The notes: generated by a model not told the origin, from the letters alone. A stretch of 64,000 bases of DNA from Candidatus Aenigmatarchaeota archaeon (GCA_018920345.1 JAHLMN010000006.1:8817-72816); one strand, 5' to 3'. Shown: positions 46,455-56,083, counted from the stretch's first letter. A program made the numbers and translations.

Positions 46455-46536
46455 GCCTCAGGTGGGGATCGAACCCACGACCTATCGCTTTCACTACTTT
46501 ACGAGGCGATTGCTCTACCAACTGAGCTACTGAGGC
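46454..46536 (-). tRNA. tRNA-Thr (anticodon CGU) with about 10-nt insertion (mini-intron) 3' of the anticodon
   Basis: Reverse complement GCCTCAG-TA-GCTCAGTTGGTAGAGC-A-ATCGC-CTCGTA[AAGTAGTGAA]A-GCGAT-AGGTC-GTGGGTTCGATCCCCAC-CTGAGGC. Clean D-arm and T-arm. Confidence 0.6.
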
Positions 46537-46579
46537 ACTAAAGTTTAATAAATTTCATTTACATATAAATATAGCATTT

Positions 46580-47581
46580 TTGAGGTTTATTTGTATGGAA
46601 GAAACAATGTTCTGGTCAAAAGAAGGAAAAAAAATAAGATGCGGCATTTGTTCTTTTAACTGTTTAATTGAAAATGGATCTTTCGGTAGATGTAAATTAA
46701 GATATAATGAAAATGGCTCTTTGAAAATGAAAAATTTAGGAAAAATAAAAGATATTAACAAAAGATCTGTAGAATCTTTACCTTTATATCATTTCATGCC
46801 TGGTCATGAAGCCATGGTTGTTTCAACTATAGGAACAAATATAGATTGGATTAGCTCTATTGATGATAAAGTTAAAGGAAATAAAGTAAAATCTGAAGAT
46901 TTAATAAAAGAACTAAATGCGAAAAAAATTAAGATCTTAGCTTTTAACGATTCAGAGCCAATAATATCTTTTGAATTAATTTTTAAAATAATGCGTTTAG
47001 CGAAAAGATATAATATAAAAACAGTTCTAACTACAAATGGATTCATAAGTTCAGAGGCAATAAAAAAGATTGGAAAATATTTAGATGCAGCTATAGTTAA
47101 TATAGTAGCTTCTGCCGACAAAAATTTTTATCAAAAATATTTTAATGTTGATGACTCTTATGCTATTTTTGATGCTTTGAAAAATTTCAAAAAACATAGA
47201 GTTTTTACTGAAGTAACAAATACAATAATACCTGAAATAGGTGAAGATGAATCTAGTCATTCAAATCTTGTAGATTGGCTAATAAATAATTTGGATTCTA
47301 GTGTACCATATCATTTATTAAAATTCGAGCCTTTTGGCAGATTTAAAGATATATCAGAAACACCTGTAGAGTTATTTGAAAAATTTGCTTTTGAAGCTGA
47401 AAAAAGTGGATTAAGATTTGTATATGTCCATGACCCTTATGTTGCAGGTTATAGTACAACTTATTGTTATAATTGCAGGTTTCCCTTAATAGAAAGATTA
47501 GGTGATGCAATAATAGAAAATAGATTAGATGGTGATAGGTGCCCAAGTTGCGGTTTTAGAATAAGTTTAGTTATAGAATAG
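46580..47581 (+). CDS. PFL-activase/AmmeMemoRadiSam-like protein lacking the radical-SAM CxxxCxxC cluster motif
   Basis: N-terminal FWSKEGKKIRCGICSFNCLIENGSFGRCKLRYNENGSL matches the AmmeMemoRadiSam/PflA-like N-terminus. The core keeps the TNG motif (VLTTNGFI) and a C-terminal CPSCG, but the expected CxxxCxxC position reads LPLYHFMPGHEAM. Confidence 0.5.
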   Translation: MRFICMEETMFWSKEGKKIRCGICSFNCLIENGSFGRCKLRYNENGSLKMKNLGKIKDINKRSVESLPLYHFMPGHEAMVVSTIGTNIDWISSIDDKVKGNKVKSEDLIKELNAKKIKILAFNDSEPIISFELIFKIMRLAKRYNIKTVLTTNGFISSEAIKKIGKYLDAAIVNIVASADKNFYQKYFNVDDSYAIFDALKNFKKHRVFTEVTNTIIPEIGEDESSHSNLVDWLINNLDSSVPYHLLKFEPFGRFKDISETPVELFEKFAFEAEKSGLRFVYVHDPYVAGYSTTYCYNCRFPLIERLGDAIIENRLDGDRCPSCGFRISLVIE

Positions 47582-47618
47582 TTTTATTTATTTTATAATT
47601 AAATAAATAATTGATTTT

Positions 47619-48500
47619 ATGAAACGTTTCATATTAATTTTATTTTTGCTTCCAGTGTGCTATGCTCAGGTTATAAACGATATAGATACTAATATTTATT
47701 TAACAGAAACAGATGCTAAAATAGAAATGAATATTTATTTTTCTAAGATAAATCAAATTGAGTTCCCGATTTATAATGACATTTATGATCTAAATTCTGA
47801 AAGAGCTGTTTGTATAATATCTTCTGGTATACAAAAAGTAATTCAATGTAAACCAGATGTAGGCTCTGAAAATATAAAAATAAGTTTCAATGTAAAAAAC
47901 ATAGTCAGACAAAGTAATGGTATAATGATTTTTAGCTATGATATGCCAGTATCTTTTAATACAAAACAAGTTAATGTTAAATTAGAGCTTCCTTTTGGGT
48001 ATGCATTGACCGATAAGGTTTTAGTACCAATTTCCCCTCCTAATACTGAAGTTGGTACAGATGGAAGAAAAATATTTGTTAGATGGGAATTCAAAAATAA
48101 AGAACCAGATGACATAATACCATTAAGAGTTTATTTTGAAAAAACAGGCGAAACAAACAACATAAAATATTATGGTGCTATAATTGCAGTTTCTATCTCC
48201 ATAATAATAATATTGATTGTTCTTTATCTTAGATTAATAAAAAAGAAACCTGAATTAGTATTGTCTGTTTTGAATGAAGCTGAAAGAATGGTTGTGGAAA
48301 TATTGCAGAGTCAACCTGAAGAAGAAGTTGACCAAAGAAAGATAGTTAATTTATCAGGTTTTTCTAAAGCCAAGGTTAGTAGAATTATTCAAAGTTTAGA
48401 AGAAAGGGGGGTAATAGAAAGTATAAGATATGGTAGGAAGAATAAAATAAAATTAAAGAAAAAATTTGTCAAAGAGGAAACCGAACAATCTGAAAAATAA
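47619..48500 (+). CDS. signal-peptide + extracytoplasmic domain + TM + cytoplasmic winged-helix (MarR/TrmB-like) protein
   Basis: MKRFILILFLLPVCYAQ signal, an extracytoplasmic domain of about 170 aa, a TM helix YYGAIIAVSISIIIILIVLYL, then the HTH LNEAERMVVEILQSQPEEEVDQRKIVNLSGFSKAKVSRIIQSLEERGVIE. Confidence 0.5.
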   Translation: MKRFILILFLLPVCYAQVINDIDTNIYLTETDAKIEMNIYFSKINQIEFPIYNDIYDLNSERAVCIISSGIQKVIQCKPDVGSENIKISFNVKNIVRQSNGIMIFSYDMPVSFNTKQVNVKLELPFGYALTDKVLVPISPPNTEVGTDGRKIFVRWEFKNKEPDDIIPLRVYFEKTGETNNIKYYGAIIAVSISIIIILIVLYLRLIKKKPELVLSVLNEAERMVVEILQSQPEEEVDQRKIVNLSGFSKAKVSRIIQSLEERGVIESIRYGRKNKIKLKKKFVKEETEQSEK

Positions 48501-48643
48501 AAAATAATTTTAATGATTTTTTAGCCGTTTTTTTGATTTATTTTTCTTTTTGAAACAATTTTATCGAGAAAAAATTCTTTTATTTTAAAAAATAAACATA
48601 AATTTTTCTTTTAATTTTTCTTATGAAATTGTTTCACGCAATA

Positions 48644-48651
48644 TTTATATA
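48644..48651 (+). promoter_or_regulatory. TATA box (TTTATATA) of putative S-layer gene promoter, followed by a structured 5' UTR of about 70 nt
   Basis: TTTATATA lies about 95 nt upstream of the ATG at 48744. Hairpins AATAGGCT-GCAG-AGCCTATT (48681..48700) and CCACTT-GCAA-AAGTGG (48703..48718), then the RBS AAAGGTGA. Confidence 0.4.
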
Positions 48652-48743
48652 CCTATTTTGCTCATATATGTAGCATGAAGAATAGGCTGCAGAGCCTATT
48701 TGCCACTTGCAAAAGTGGTTAAAAAATAAAGGTGAAAAATAAA

Positions 48744-50843
48744 ATGAAAGAAAAAATAATTGCATCCATTTTGGCTGCAATTATTGCACTAGCTCCAATA
48801 GTTTCGGCAGCAGTGACTTTGGGCGACTACCCAACATTTTTGTTCAAGGACCATAACTTGAACGCTTATGTTGTGGTAGGTTCAGCAGCCCAACCAGCAG
48901 ATGTCGTCGGTGCTGTTGATCTTGCAGTCAGACTAGCTGGAGAATCTTACGAAGAAGTATCCACTACTGGTGAAACAACAGTAGCTGGAGGTACTTCTGA
49001 AGATATCCCGCTAGGTGAACCAATTGCTGCATCTGGTTTACTAGATGCAACATTGAAAAAATACAAGTTACCTGGCTTGCAAGAATCTTCAGTATCTTTC
49101 CAAGACGACAGCTATGATTTCCATGAAGAAATCATAGTTGCTGATAACACAGGTTCGCCTGCAAGCCCAAGTGTAGAAACAGCTTTGACAACAAATGATT
49201 GGGACATGGGTTCCAATGTATATTTGTTGACAAACAAAAACTCTCTCAAATACAGATTTGTATTTGATGAGAATATAGATTTAACAAAAGCTACAAACGA
49301 TGAACCTCTAGAAATTGACTTCTTGGGCAAAAGATTAACAATAACAAATGTAAGTTTGGCAAACCAACAAATAACAGTTAGAGTTGGTGAAGAATATACA
49401 TTAAATGTAGGCGACTCAGCAACAGTTGCTGGTAAAAAAGTCACATTAAAGAATGTCGGATCTAGCGGAACATCTGCAGTCGTTGATGTAGATGGTGTTG
49501 TTTCAACAGTTGGAACAACCCAAAAAACAGTCAACGGCCTAAAGATTCAAGTAAAAGAAACATTCTATTCAGAAACACTATCTGAAAGAATGGCAACATT
49601 ATTAATAGGTACAGAAACAACAAAGACATATACACATGGACAAGAATTCATTGGTGAAGACAAAAATAATCCAAACTGGAAATGGGATTTATCTGGTTTA
49701 ACAGCATCCCCACAATATATAGGTATACAAAACGAATTTGTTAAAGACTCTTATTCAAAGAGTCCAGCTACATTGGGCGGATGCTATGAATTCCCATACA
49801 AGTATGCAAAGGTATGCCTAGAGAAATTAACAGTAGATGATTACTCTGAATATACCTTCAAGGCAGATACTGGTGTTGATCTATCCAATGCAGGTGGATC
49901 AACAAATGAAAAGGTATTAACAATAGTATCTGGCTCTAAAGAAGGTATAGTCTTGGGTTCAGTAAAGACAGATACAGTATATTTGAAATATAACACAACA
50001 TCAGCTGACGGTAAACTATCTGTTTACTACAAAGATACAAACAATAAAGTTCAATATTTTGGCGATGTAGGTAACGCTACATTAGGCCAAATTAATTACA
50101 AAGATACAAAAGGTACAGATATGGTATTAAAAGTACAAAATGCATTAACAACAGGATTTTATCTAGTAGTAGATGATATTGCATCTTCAAACGATTTAGT
50201 AATGAGATGGACAATATCATCTGATGCAATAGATCATCTAGGTACAAATGCAGACCAAAAAGATTCCGATGAGTTGTGGTATGGTTCACAACAAATCGGT
50301 ACAAAAGAAAAAGACTTGAGATCAGAATACGGCTATATAATAGCTACACCATCTACAAACGGTGATAGAGACCAAGTAGTCTTGCGTGTTCCAGCTGACC
50401 AAGTCAAGGCTAAAGTTGTAGTCTATGGTCCAGGTGGAACATCCTCAACAACTGAGGGTGGCAAGATCAAGAAAGTTGTCCCAGTCACAACAACTGTCGC
50501 AAAGCTAGATACTGAAGTAGACCCAACAACTGTTGACAAACACCTAGTATTAGTAGGTGGTCCAGCTGTCAACAGACTAACAGCCCAAGCAATGGGTTTA
50601 AGCTTCCCAACCTATGGTAGCTCTGGTATGTTACCATTTGGAGAAGGAGAAGCTTACATAAAGGTCTACGACGGTGTCTTCAAGCCAGGACAAGTTGTTG
50701 TTGTTGTAGCTGGCTGGGAAGCAGAAAATACAAGAATGGCAACAAGTCTATTACAACAATTTGACACATTTGCCGGACAGCTAGGTAGCAATACTGCAGT
50801 CAAAGTCACAAGTCTATCCGCAAGCGGCATAAAGCCAGCTTAA
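48744..50843 (+). CDS. S-layer-like major surface protein (secreted, Thr/Ser/Val/Gly-rich, acidic)
   Basis: Signal peptide MKEKIIASILAAIIALAPIVSA. About 700 aa, low-Cys and beta-rich. Downstream oligo-T terminator at 50868..50885. The track ORF starts at GTG 48732, but the ATG at 48744 with its RBS is preferred. Confidence 0.55.
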   Translation: MKEKIIASILAAIIALAPIVSAAVTLGDYPTFLFKDHNLNAYVVVGSAAQPADVVGAVDLAVRLAGESYEEVSTTGETTVAGGTSEDIPLGEPIAASGLLDATLKKYKLPGLQESSVSFQDDSYDFHEEIIVADNTGSPASPSVETALTTNDWDMGSNVYLLTNKNSLKYRFVFDENIDLTKATNDEPLEIDFLGKRLTITNVSLANQQITVRVGEEYTLNVGDSATVAGKKVTLKNVGSSGTSAVVDVDGVVSTVGTTQKTVNGLKIQVKETFYSETLSERMATLLIGTETTKTYTHGQEFIGEDKNNPNWKWDLSGLTASPQYIGIQNEFVKDSYSKSPATLGGCYEFPYKYAKVCLEKLTVDDYSEYTFKADTGVDLSNAGGSTNEKVLTIVSGSKEGIVLGSVKTDTVYLKYNTTSADGKLSVYYKDTNNKVQYFGDVGNATLGQINYKDTKGTDMVLKVQNALTTGFYLVVDDIASSNDLVMRWTISSDAIDHLGTNADQKDSDELWYGSQQIGTKEKDLRSEYGYIIATPSTNGDRDQVVLRVPADQVKAKVVVYGPGGTSSTTEGGKIKKVVPVTTTVAKLDTEVDPTTVDKHLVLVGGPAVNRLTAQAMGLSFPTYGSSGMLPFGEGEAYIKVYDGVFKPGQVVVVVAGWEAENTRMATSLLQQFDTFAGQLGSNTAVKVTSLSASGIKPA

Positions 50844-50919
50844 GTCGGATAGAATGTTGGCTTGATTGGCCCTCTTTTTTTCTTTTATATTTTAATGACA
50901 AATTCTAAATGCGGTTAAA

Positions 50920-51501
50920 ATGAAAGCAAAATTCAAAGTAAAAACATTTTTAACAACTTTGATATTTTTGCTAATATTATCTGTTGTTATATTATTGATA
51001 ATTCAAATTATAATAAACTTAAAACCTGTAAAATATGTTAAATACAAAAATATTGTTTTTGGTTTTAGAGATGATGTAAAGAAAGCTGAAAAAATAAATG
51101 TTTATCCTAATGAAAAAATACTTGGACAACAATTTTGGGACTACAAAATTCAAAATATAACAATTTTTTTCAAACCAGATGATAACTATAACAAATATTA
51201 TCAATTAGCCGCATTTGAACTTACATATAAAATCTCTCAAATGTATATGACTCTCAGACCTTTAATAATAGAAAAAAATTTTTCAGCTCAATCAATAGAT
51301 AATTTTGATAATATAACAAGAGAAGAAGGTGTGTTAAAAATAATCTTAATACCCCCAGAGCAATCAAATGAAACTATAATTAAGGTTTCTAGTAATAGAG
51401 TTTACATATATTGGGAAAACCCAAGAGATTTAGATTTAGCTGTTATGAAGACAATCTTATCAGCATTAAAATATAATGGTAATTATACTCTAGTGACTTA
51501 A
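50920..51501 (+). CDS. membrane-anchored hypothetical protein
   Basis: N-terminal TM helix. No motif. Confidence 0.3.
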   Translation: MKAKFKVKTFLTTLIFLLILSVVILLIIQIIINLKPVKYVKYKNIVFGFRDDVKKAEKINVYPNEKILGQQFWDYKIQNITIFFKPDDNYNKYYQLAAFELTYKISQMYMTLRPLIIEKNFSAQSIDNFDNITREEGVLKIILIPPEQSNETIIKVSSNRVYIYWENPRDLDLAVMKTILSALKYNGNYTLVT

Positions 51502-52134
51502 TTCTCTTAATATCTTATCTTTTTCAGTAAGACCTACAAATGTTTTATTCTCAAAAACAATAAATGGTGTTGTAGTAACATTATAGTTATTTTTTAAAGT
51601 ATTAATTATAGGTAAATTTAAACCAGCATCTAAAACAAAAATCTTGATTTTACCTTTAAGTTCATTTTCTCTAATATCATCCAATATTTTCCCCTGCTTT
51701 TCACAATCTTTACAAGGTATAGAATAAAAATAAAGCAAGATTATATTGTCATCTTTACATTTACTTTTAAGATAATTGTTTAATATCCATGCCCTGACAG
51801 AAAGTAACGAATATTGTGCTTTTAGATCCATAAATCTATTATTGTTAGAATCACTTTCCAATTTAACTAACTCTTGCCCTATAATCCATAAATTTTTATT
51901 AGTTTCATCTACCATTGTTTTTAACGCATCACAAGAAATTTTATCGCCTAAACTGTTTATATATAGATATTCTAATTGTGTATTTTCTATTGATTTTTCA
52001 ATTTCATCAAGCTTTCTTTCTATACTATTTTCTGTATTTTTCTGTAATATTATACCTGTATATATGCCAAAAATATAGAGTACAAAAGAAAGGATAGCAG
52101 CAAATATGTAGGCCTTTTTATATTCTTTTTTCAT
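51490..52134 (-). CDS. membrane-anchored thioredoxin-like protein (CKDC)
   Basis: N-terminal TM helix and coiled coil. Trx fold LLYFYSIPCKDCEKQ with cis-Pro TTPFIVF. Confidence 0.45.
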   Translation of the reverse strand: MKKEYKKAYIFAAILSFVLYIFGIYTGIILQKNTENSIERKLDEIEKSIENTQLEYLYINSLGDKISCDALKTMVDETNKNLWIIGQELVKLESDSNNNRFMDLKAQYSLLSVRAWILNNYLKSKCKDDNIILLYFYSIPCKDCEKQGKILDDIRENELKGKIKIFVLDAGLNLPIINTLKNNYNVTTTPFIVFENKTFVGLTEKDKILRELSH

Positions 52135-52184
52135 TTACAAACACTTTAAAAAATATAATTATACAATTTTATATAAGTGGTGTA

Positions 52185-53447
52185 ATGGATATAACTTTAT
52201 TTAAACCATTATTAGTCTATATAAACTCTACGAGCTTTTTTATATACAACTTATTCTTTTTCCCTGTAATGTTTTTTACATTATATTTTCTACTTGTATG
52301 TTTTATCTCGATTTTTACAAAATACAAAAATAATTACAAGATAAATCCTAAAGAATGGCCTTTTGTGACAGTTCAAATACCTACATACAATGAATTAATA
52401 GCTTTAAGGTGTGCTAAAAAATGTTTACAATTTGATTATCCAAAGGATAGATATGAAATAATAATTGGAGATGATAGTAATAAACCTGAGATTTCAAGAA
52501 AGATTGATGAATTTGCTTCAAAATATGGAATAAAAGTTACAAGAAGAGGTTCTAATAAAGGGTATAAAGCTGGAAACCTTAACCATATGCTTAAATATTC
52601 AAAAGGCGAGATAATAGTAGTTTTTGATTCTGATTTTATTCCAGAAAAAGATTTTTTAAAAAGAATAGTACAACCTTTTCTAGTCGATAAAAAAGTTGGT
52701 TGTGTTCAAGCAAAATGGTCTTTTATAAATGAAAAACAAAATCTTGTTACAAAATTCGGCTCCAGTATTGTTATGGTTTATCAAAGGCTCATAGCACCTA
52801 TAAATAATATTTTGCAAGTTCCTTTACTTTTTGGCTCTGGTCAAGCAATAAGAAAAGATTTAATAAAAAAATTAGGAGGTTGGCAAGAATGGAGTTTGAC
52901 AGAAGATGTTGAATTTTCTGTCAGAGCGTTAAAGGCTGGATATAAAATAGTTTATATGCATGATTTGTCAGTTAAAGGAGAAGTTCCGTTTACAGTGAGA
53001 GATCTAAGAAAACAACAAAGAAAATGGGCTTATGGAAATTTTAATGCATTTTTAGATCACTGGAAATCTATAATATTTGGTAAATTCTCTTTGCCACAAA
53101 AAGCTATGCTAATAATGACTTTGACAGGATATATCTCAAGTATATTTTTACTTGTCTTTATTTTTTCAGGTCTAATATATTTTTGGACAGGAGAGCCAGC
53201 ACCATTCAATTTTATAAAATTCTCTAAAGAAACATTTAAATCGATTGCAGCAAGTTCTGGATTTTTAATAGCAATGATAATAGTTTTAAAAAGAGAGAAA
53301 AAAACAGGAATGCTGAAGCAAATAATTATAGGTGCATTTACTGTTGGTATAGCTGTTACTATTGGCATTGCATCTGGTATAGCTAATGCCATATTAAGAA
53401 AAAGATTAAACTGGTATGTTGTTCCAAAAAAAGGAAAAGTAAGATGA
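52185..53447 (+). CDS. processive family-2 glycosyltransferase (cellulose/chitin/PNAG-synthase-like, QxxRW)
   Basis: N-terminal TM helices. GT2 motifs VTVQIPTYNE, IIGDDSN, VFDSDF and QQRKWAYG. C-terminal TM bundle. Confidence 0.7.
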   Translation: MDITLFKPLLVYINSTSFFIYNLFFFPVMFFTLYFLLVCFISIFTKYKNNYKINPKEWPFVTVQIPTYNELIALRCAKKCLQFDYPKDRYEIIIGDDSNKPEISRKIDEFASKYGIKVTRRGSNKGYKAGNLNHMLKYSKGEIIVVFDSDFIPEKDFLKRIVQPFLVDKKVGCVQAKWSFINEKQNLVTKFGSSIVMVYQRLIAPINNILQVPLLFGSGQAIRKDLIKKLGGWQEWSLTEDVEFSVRALKAGYKIVYMHDLSVKGEVPFTVRDLRKQQRKWAYGNFNAFLDHWKSIIFGKFSLPQKAMLIMTLTGYISSIFLLVFIFSGLIYFWTGEPAPFNFIKFSKETFKSIAASSGFLIAMIIVLKREKKTGMLKQIIIGAFTVGIAVTIGIASGIANAILRKRLNWYVVPKKGKVR

Positions 53448-53451
53448 TAAA

Positions 53452-54729
53452 ATGTTATACTATACTATACTTGTAATTCTATTTAGTCTTTTACTTATTC
53501 TTAATTTAAGCTGGATATTTATTTTCTTTTTTGCTAAAAGAAGAAAATATTCACAAAATTTTGATCCACCTGTTTCTGTTTTATTGCCTGCGCATAATGA
53601 GGAAGAAGTAATTGAAGATACTATAAAAAGTATACTATCATCAGATTATAAAAATGATATTGAGATTGTTGTTATTAATGATGGATCAACTGATAATACA
53701 GAAAAAATAGTTAAAAAATTACAAAAAAAAGATAAAAGAATAAAACTTCTAAAAACAAATCACGTAGGAAAAGCAAGAGCTTTGAATTTTGGGGCAAAAA
53801 AAGCAAAGTATGATTACTTGATCTTTCTAGATGCTGATTCTGTTTTAGAAAAAAATACCATAAAAGAAATAATAAGACCTTTGCAAGATCCAAAAATAGC
53901 AGCTTCGTCTGGTTCTGTAAGAGTTAAAATAACTAAAAATCCTTTAACATGGTTTCAAGATTTTGAATATATACTATCTTCAGGTTGGCGTTATCTATGC
54001 TCACTAATAAATGCAGTTTCTGTTTTACCAGGATTTTTTGCAACAAAGAAAAAAATATTTTTAGAAATAGGAGGATTTGAAGCAGATACTTTAACAGAAG
54101 ATTTTGATATAACACTTCGTTTTAAAAAACATGGATATGAAGTTTCGGTTAATCCTGATGCTGTGATGTATACAACAGTTCCAAACAAACTAAGAACTTT
54201 AGCAAAACAAAGAATAAGATGGGGTCGAGGAAGTTTACAAGTAATAAAAAAACACAAAGACATGTTATTTTCAAAAAAACACAAATTTTTGGGATATTAC
54301 ATATTACCTACACATCTTTTTTGGTATATATTTTCTTTACTTTATTTACCTTCAGTTCTTTACTGGATGATAGGAGATTATTACAAATATTTTTATTCAA
54401 CAGGAAACTCTTTGTCCAAAGATGCTTTATTATTTTTCTTTAAATGGATATGTTCTTATGGTATGTTTGATTTAATGTATAAAGTTTTTTCAGGTATATA
54501 TCAGCTTCATCTTTTATTGCTTATAACAATAATAAACTATTTGGCAACAATAACATACAATATTTTGCTATTTTCAAGAATGAAAAAGTTAAGAGTTATT
54601 CATTTATTAGCATATTTATTTATTTTTCCATATTATTTATTCATAATTTTAGTTCAATTCATTACAGTTATTTATGAGTCAATTAACTTTTTGATGAAAA
54701 AACCATCTGAAAATAAATGGGCAAAATAA
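53452..54729 (+). CDS. processive family-2 glycosyltransferase, second tandem copy (QxxRW)
   Basis: VSVLLPAHNEEEVIEDTI, VINDGSTDNT, LDADSV, TEDFDITLRF and QRIRWGRG. Several C-terminal TM helices. Confidence 0.7.
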   Translation: MLYYTILVILFSLLLILNLSWIFIFFFAKRRKYSQNFDPPVSVLLPAHNEEEVIEDTIKSILSSDYKNDIEIVVINDGSTDNTEKIVKKLQKKDKRIKLLKTNHVGKARALNFGAKKAKYDYLIFLDADSVLEKNTIKEIIRPLQDPKIAASSGSVRVKITKNPLTWFQDFEYILSSGWRYLCSLINAVSVLPGFFATKKKIFLEIGGFEADTLTEDFDITLRFKKHGYEVSVNPDAVMYTTVPNKLRTLAKQRIRWGRGSLQVIKKHKDMLFSKKHKFLGYYILPTHLFWYIFSLLYLPSVLYWMIGDYYKYFYSTGNSLSKDALLFFFKWICSYGMFDLMYKVFSGIYQLHLLLLITIINYLATITYNILLFSRMKKLRVIHLLAYLFIFPYYLFIILVQFITVIYESINFLMKKPSENKWAK

Positions 54730-54730
54730 T

Positions 54731-55072
54731 TTAAAATGGTTTAAGACTGCCTGTTATTTTGTCTATTTTTTCTTCTTCAACTGGTCCTATTCCTAAAGCT
54801 GTTATAGTACCTGGTTTTAATTCTGTTAACCCAGCATCTTTAACAAGAAAACATGGTATCTTTGCCTTTTTAACTTGTTTATAAATTTCCAAAATCTCTT
54901 CTTCATTATTAACAGCTAAAACAACTTTTTTAGATCCAAAAAATTTCCATTTTTCAATCAAACTCCATTTGACTTTTTCGAAAGAATGTACAGCAGCATG
55001 ACACGCCTGAGCAGCTGCTTTACCCTTAGACATTTTTAAATCCTTTCTTAAAATAATTACTTGCTTATACAT
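54731..55072 (-). CDS. pth2: peptidyl-tRNA hydrolase, archaeal Pth2 type
   Basis: 113 aa. MSKGKAAAQACHAAV...VLAVNNEEEILEIYKQVKKAKIPCFLVKDAGLTELKPGTITALGIGP matches Pth2. Confidence 0.8.
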   Translation of the reverse strand: MYKQVIILRKDLKMSKGKAAAQACHAAVHSFEKVKWSLIEKWKFFGSKKVVLAVNNEEEILEIYKQVKKAKIPCFLVKDAGLTELKPGTITALGIGPVEEEKIDKITGSLKPF

Positions 55073-55074
55073 AT

Positions 55075-55509
55075 CTATCCTATATATCTAGTATCCTTTT
55101 GTTCTTCTCCTCTTTTAATCATAACAGTTGGAAACATTATTGGTGGTGGTAAACTCATATTTTCAGCTAGATTTATTTCTATTGTCATACATTTTCTAAA
55201 AAGAAAATTTTTTATTTCAACATCAACTTCAGGTAAAACTCTTTTTTCTTTTTTCCATAACTTTAAAGCATCATTAACTTTATTGCCAATATACATCACA
55301 TTACCTTCTAGTCTTATTTCACCTACATTAGGTTCATATTTTGTGAAAAATTCAAAAGAAACATCTAGAGCAGATTCTTTATTTTTTATTCCTATACTGG
55401 TTTTTTCTATGTTTAAAATGTTTACAGTAGTGTTTATATCAATTCTATCTTTTGGTTGATTTTTTCTAAATGCATTTAAATTTTTTAAATAAAAACCTAC
55501 TATAGGCAT
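55075..55509 (-). CDS. hypothetical protein
   Basis: 144-aa ORF. No secure family. Confidence 0.3.
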   Translation of the reverse strand: MPIVGFYLKNLNAFRKNQPKDRIDINTTVNILNIEKTSIGIKNKESALDVSFEFFTKYEPNVGEIRLEGNVMYIGNKVNDALKLWKKEKRVLPEVDVEIKNFLFRKCMTIEINLAENMSLPPPIMFPTVMIKRGEEQKDTRYIG

Positions 55510-55550
55510 TTTACATCTTTTAATAAATGTGAAAACAAAATTAAATTAGT

Positions 55551-56063
55551 ATGCCATCAGCTTTAATTATAATTTCTCAAACAAATTTTAATGAAAATGA
55601 ATTTTTCACAACAAAAAGAATATTATCAGAAAAAATTAAAGTGGAGACAGCATCTATTTCTCTTGAAGAATGCATTGGTATGAAAGGTCATAAAGTTAAA
55701 CCTGACAAAACAGTAGAAGATGCATTAAAAAAGGAATATGATGCTATAGCTATAATTGGTGGCACTGGTTGCTATAAATTATCAGAATATCCTGAAGTGA
55801 TAGAAATAATAAAAAAACAAACAGAGAAAAACAAAATAGTTGCTGCTATTTGTTTAGCACCTACTATATTGGCTAGAGCAGGTGTTTTGAAAGATGTTAT
55901 AGCAACTGTTTATCCTTCAGATTGGGCAATAGCTTTGCTAGAAAAAGAAGGTGCTCATTATATAGCTAAGAATTTAATAGAAGATGGTAATATAATTACA
56001 GCAGATAGCCCTAGAGTAGCAGAAGAATTTGCTAAAACAATACTTAAAAAACTTAAATTATAA
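55551..56063 (+). CDS. DJ-1/PfpI-family protein (with nucleophile Cys)
   Basis: AIAIIGGTGC...AAICLAPTILARAGVLKD matches the DJ-1 nucleophile elbow. Confidence 0.7.
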   Translation: MPSALIIISQTNFNENEFFTTKRILSEKIKVETASISLEECIGMKGHKVKPDKTVEDALKKEYDAIAIIGGTGCYKLSEYPEVIEIIKKQTEKNKIVAAICLAPTILARAGVLKDVIATVYPSDWAIALLEKEGAHYIAKNLIEDGNIITADSPRVAEEFAKTILKKLKL

Positions 56064-56083
56064 AAATATATGAATGAGGTGAC

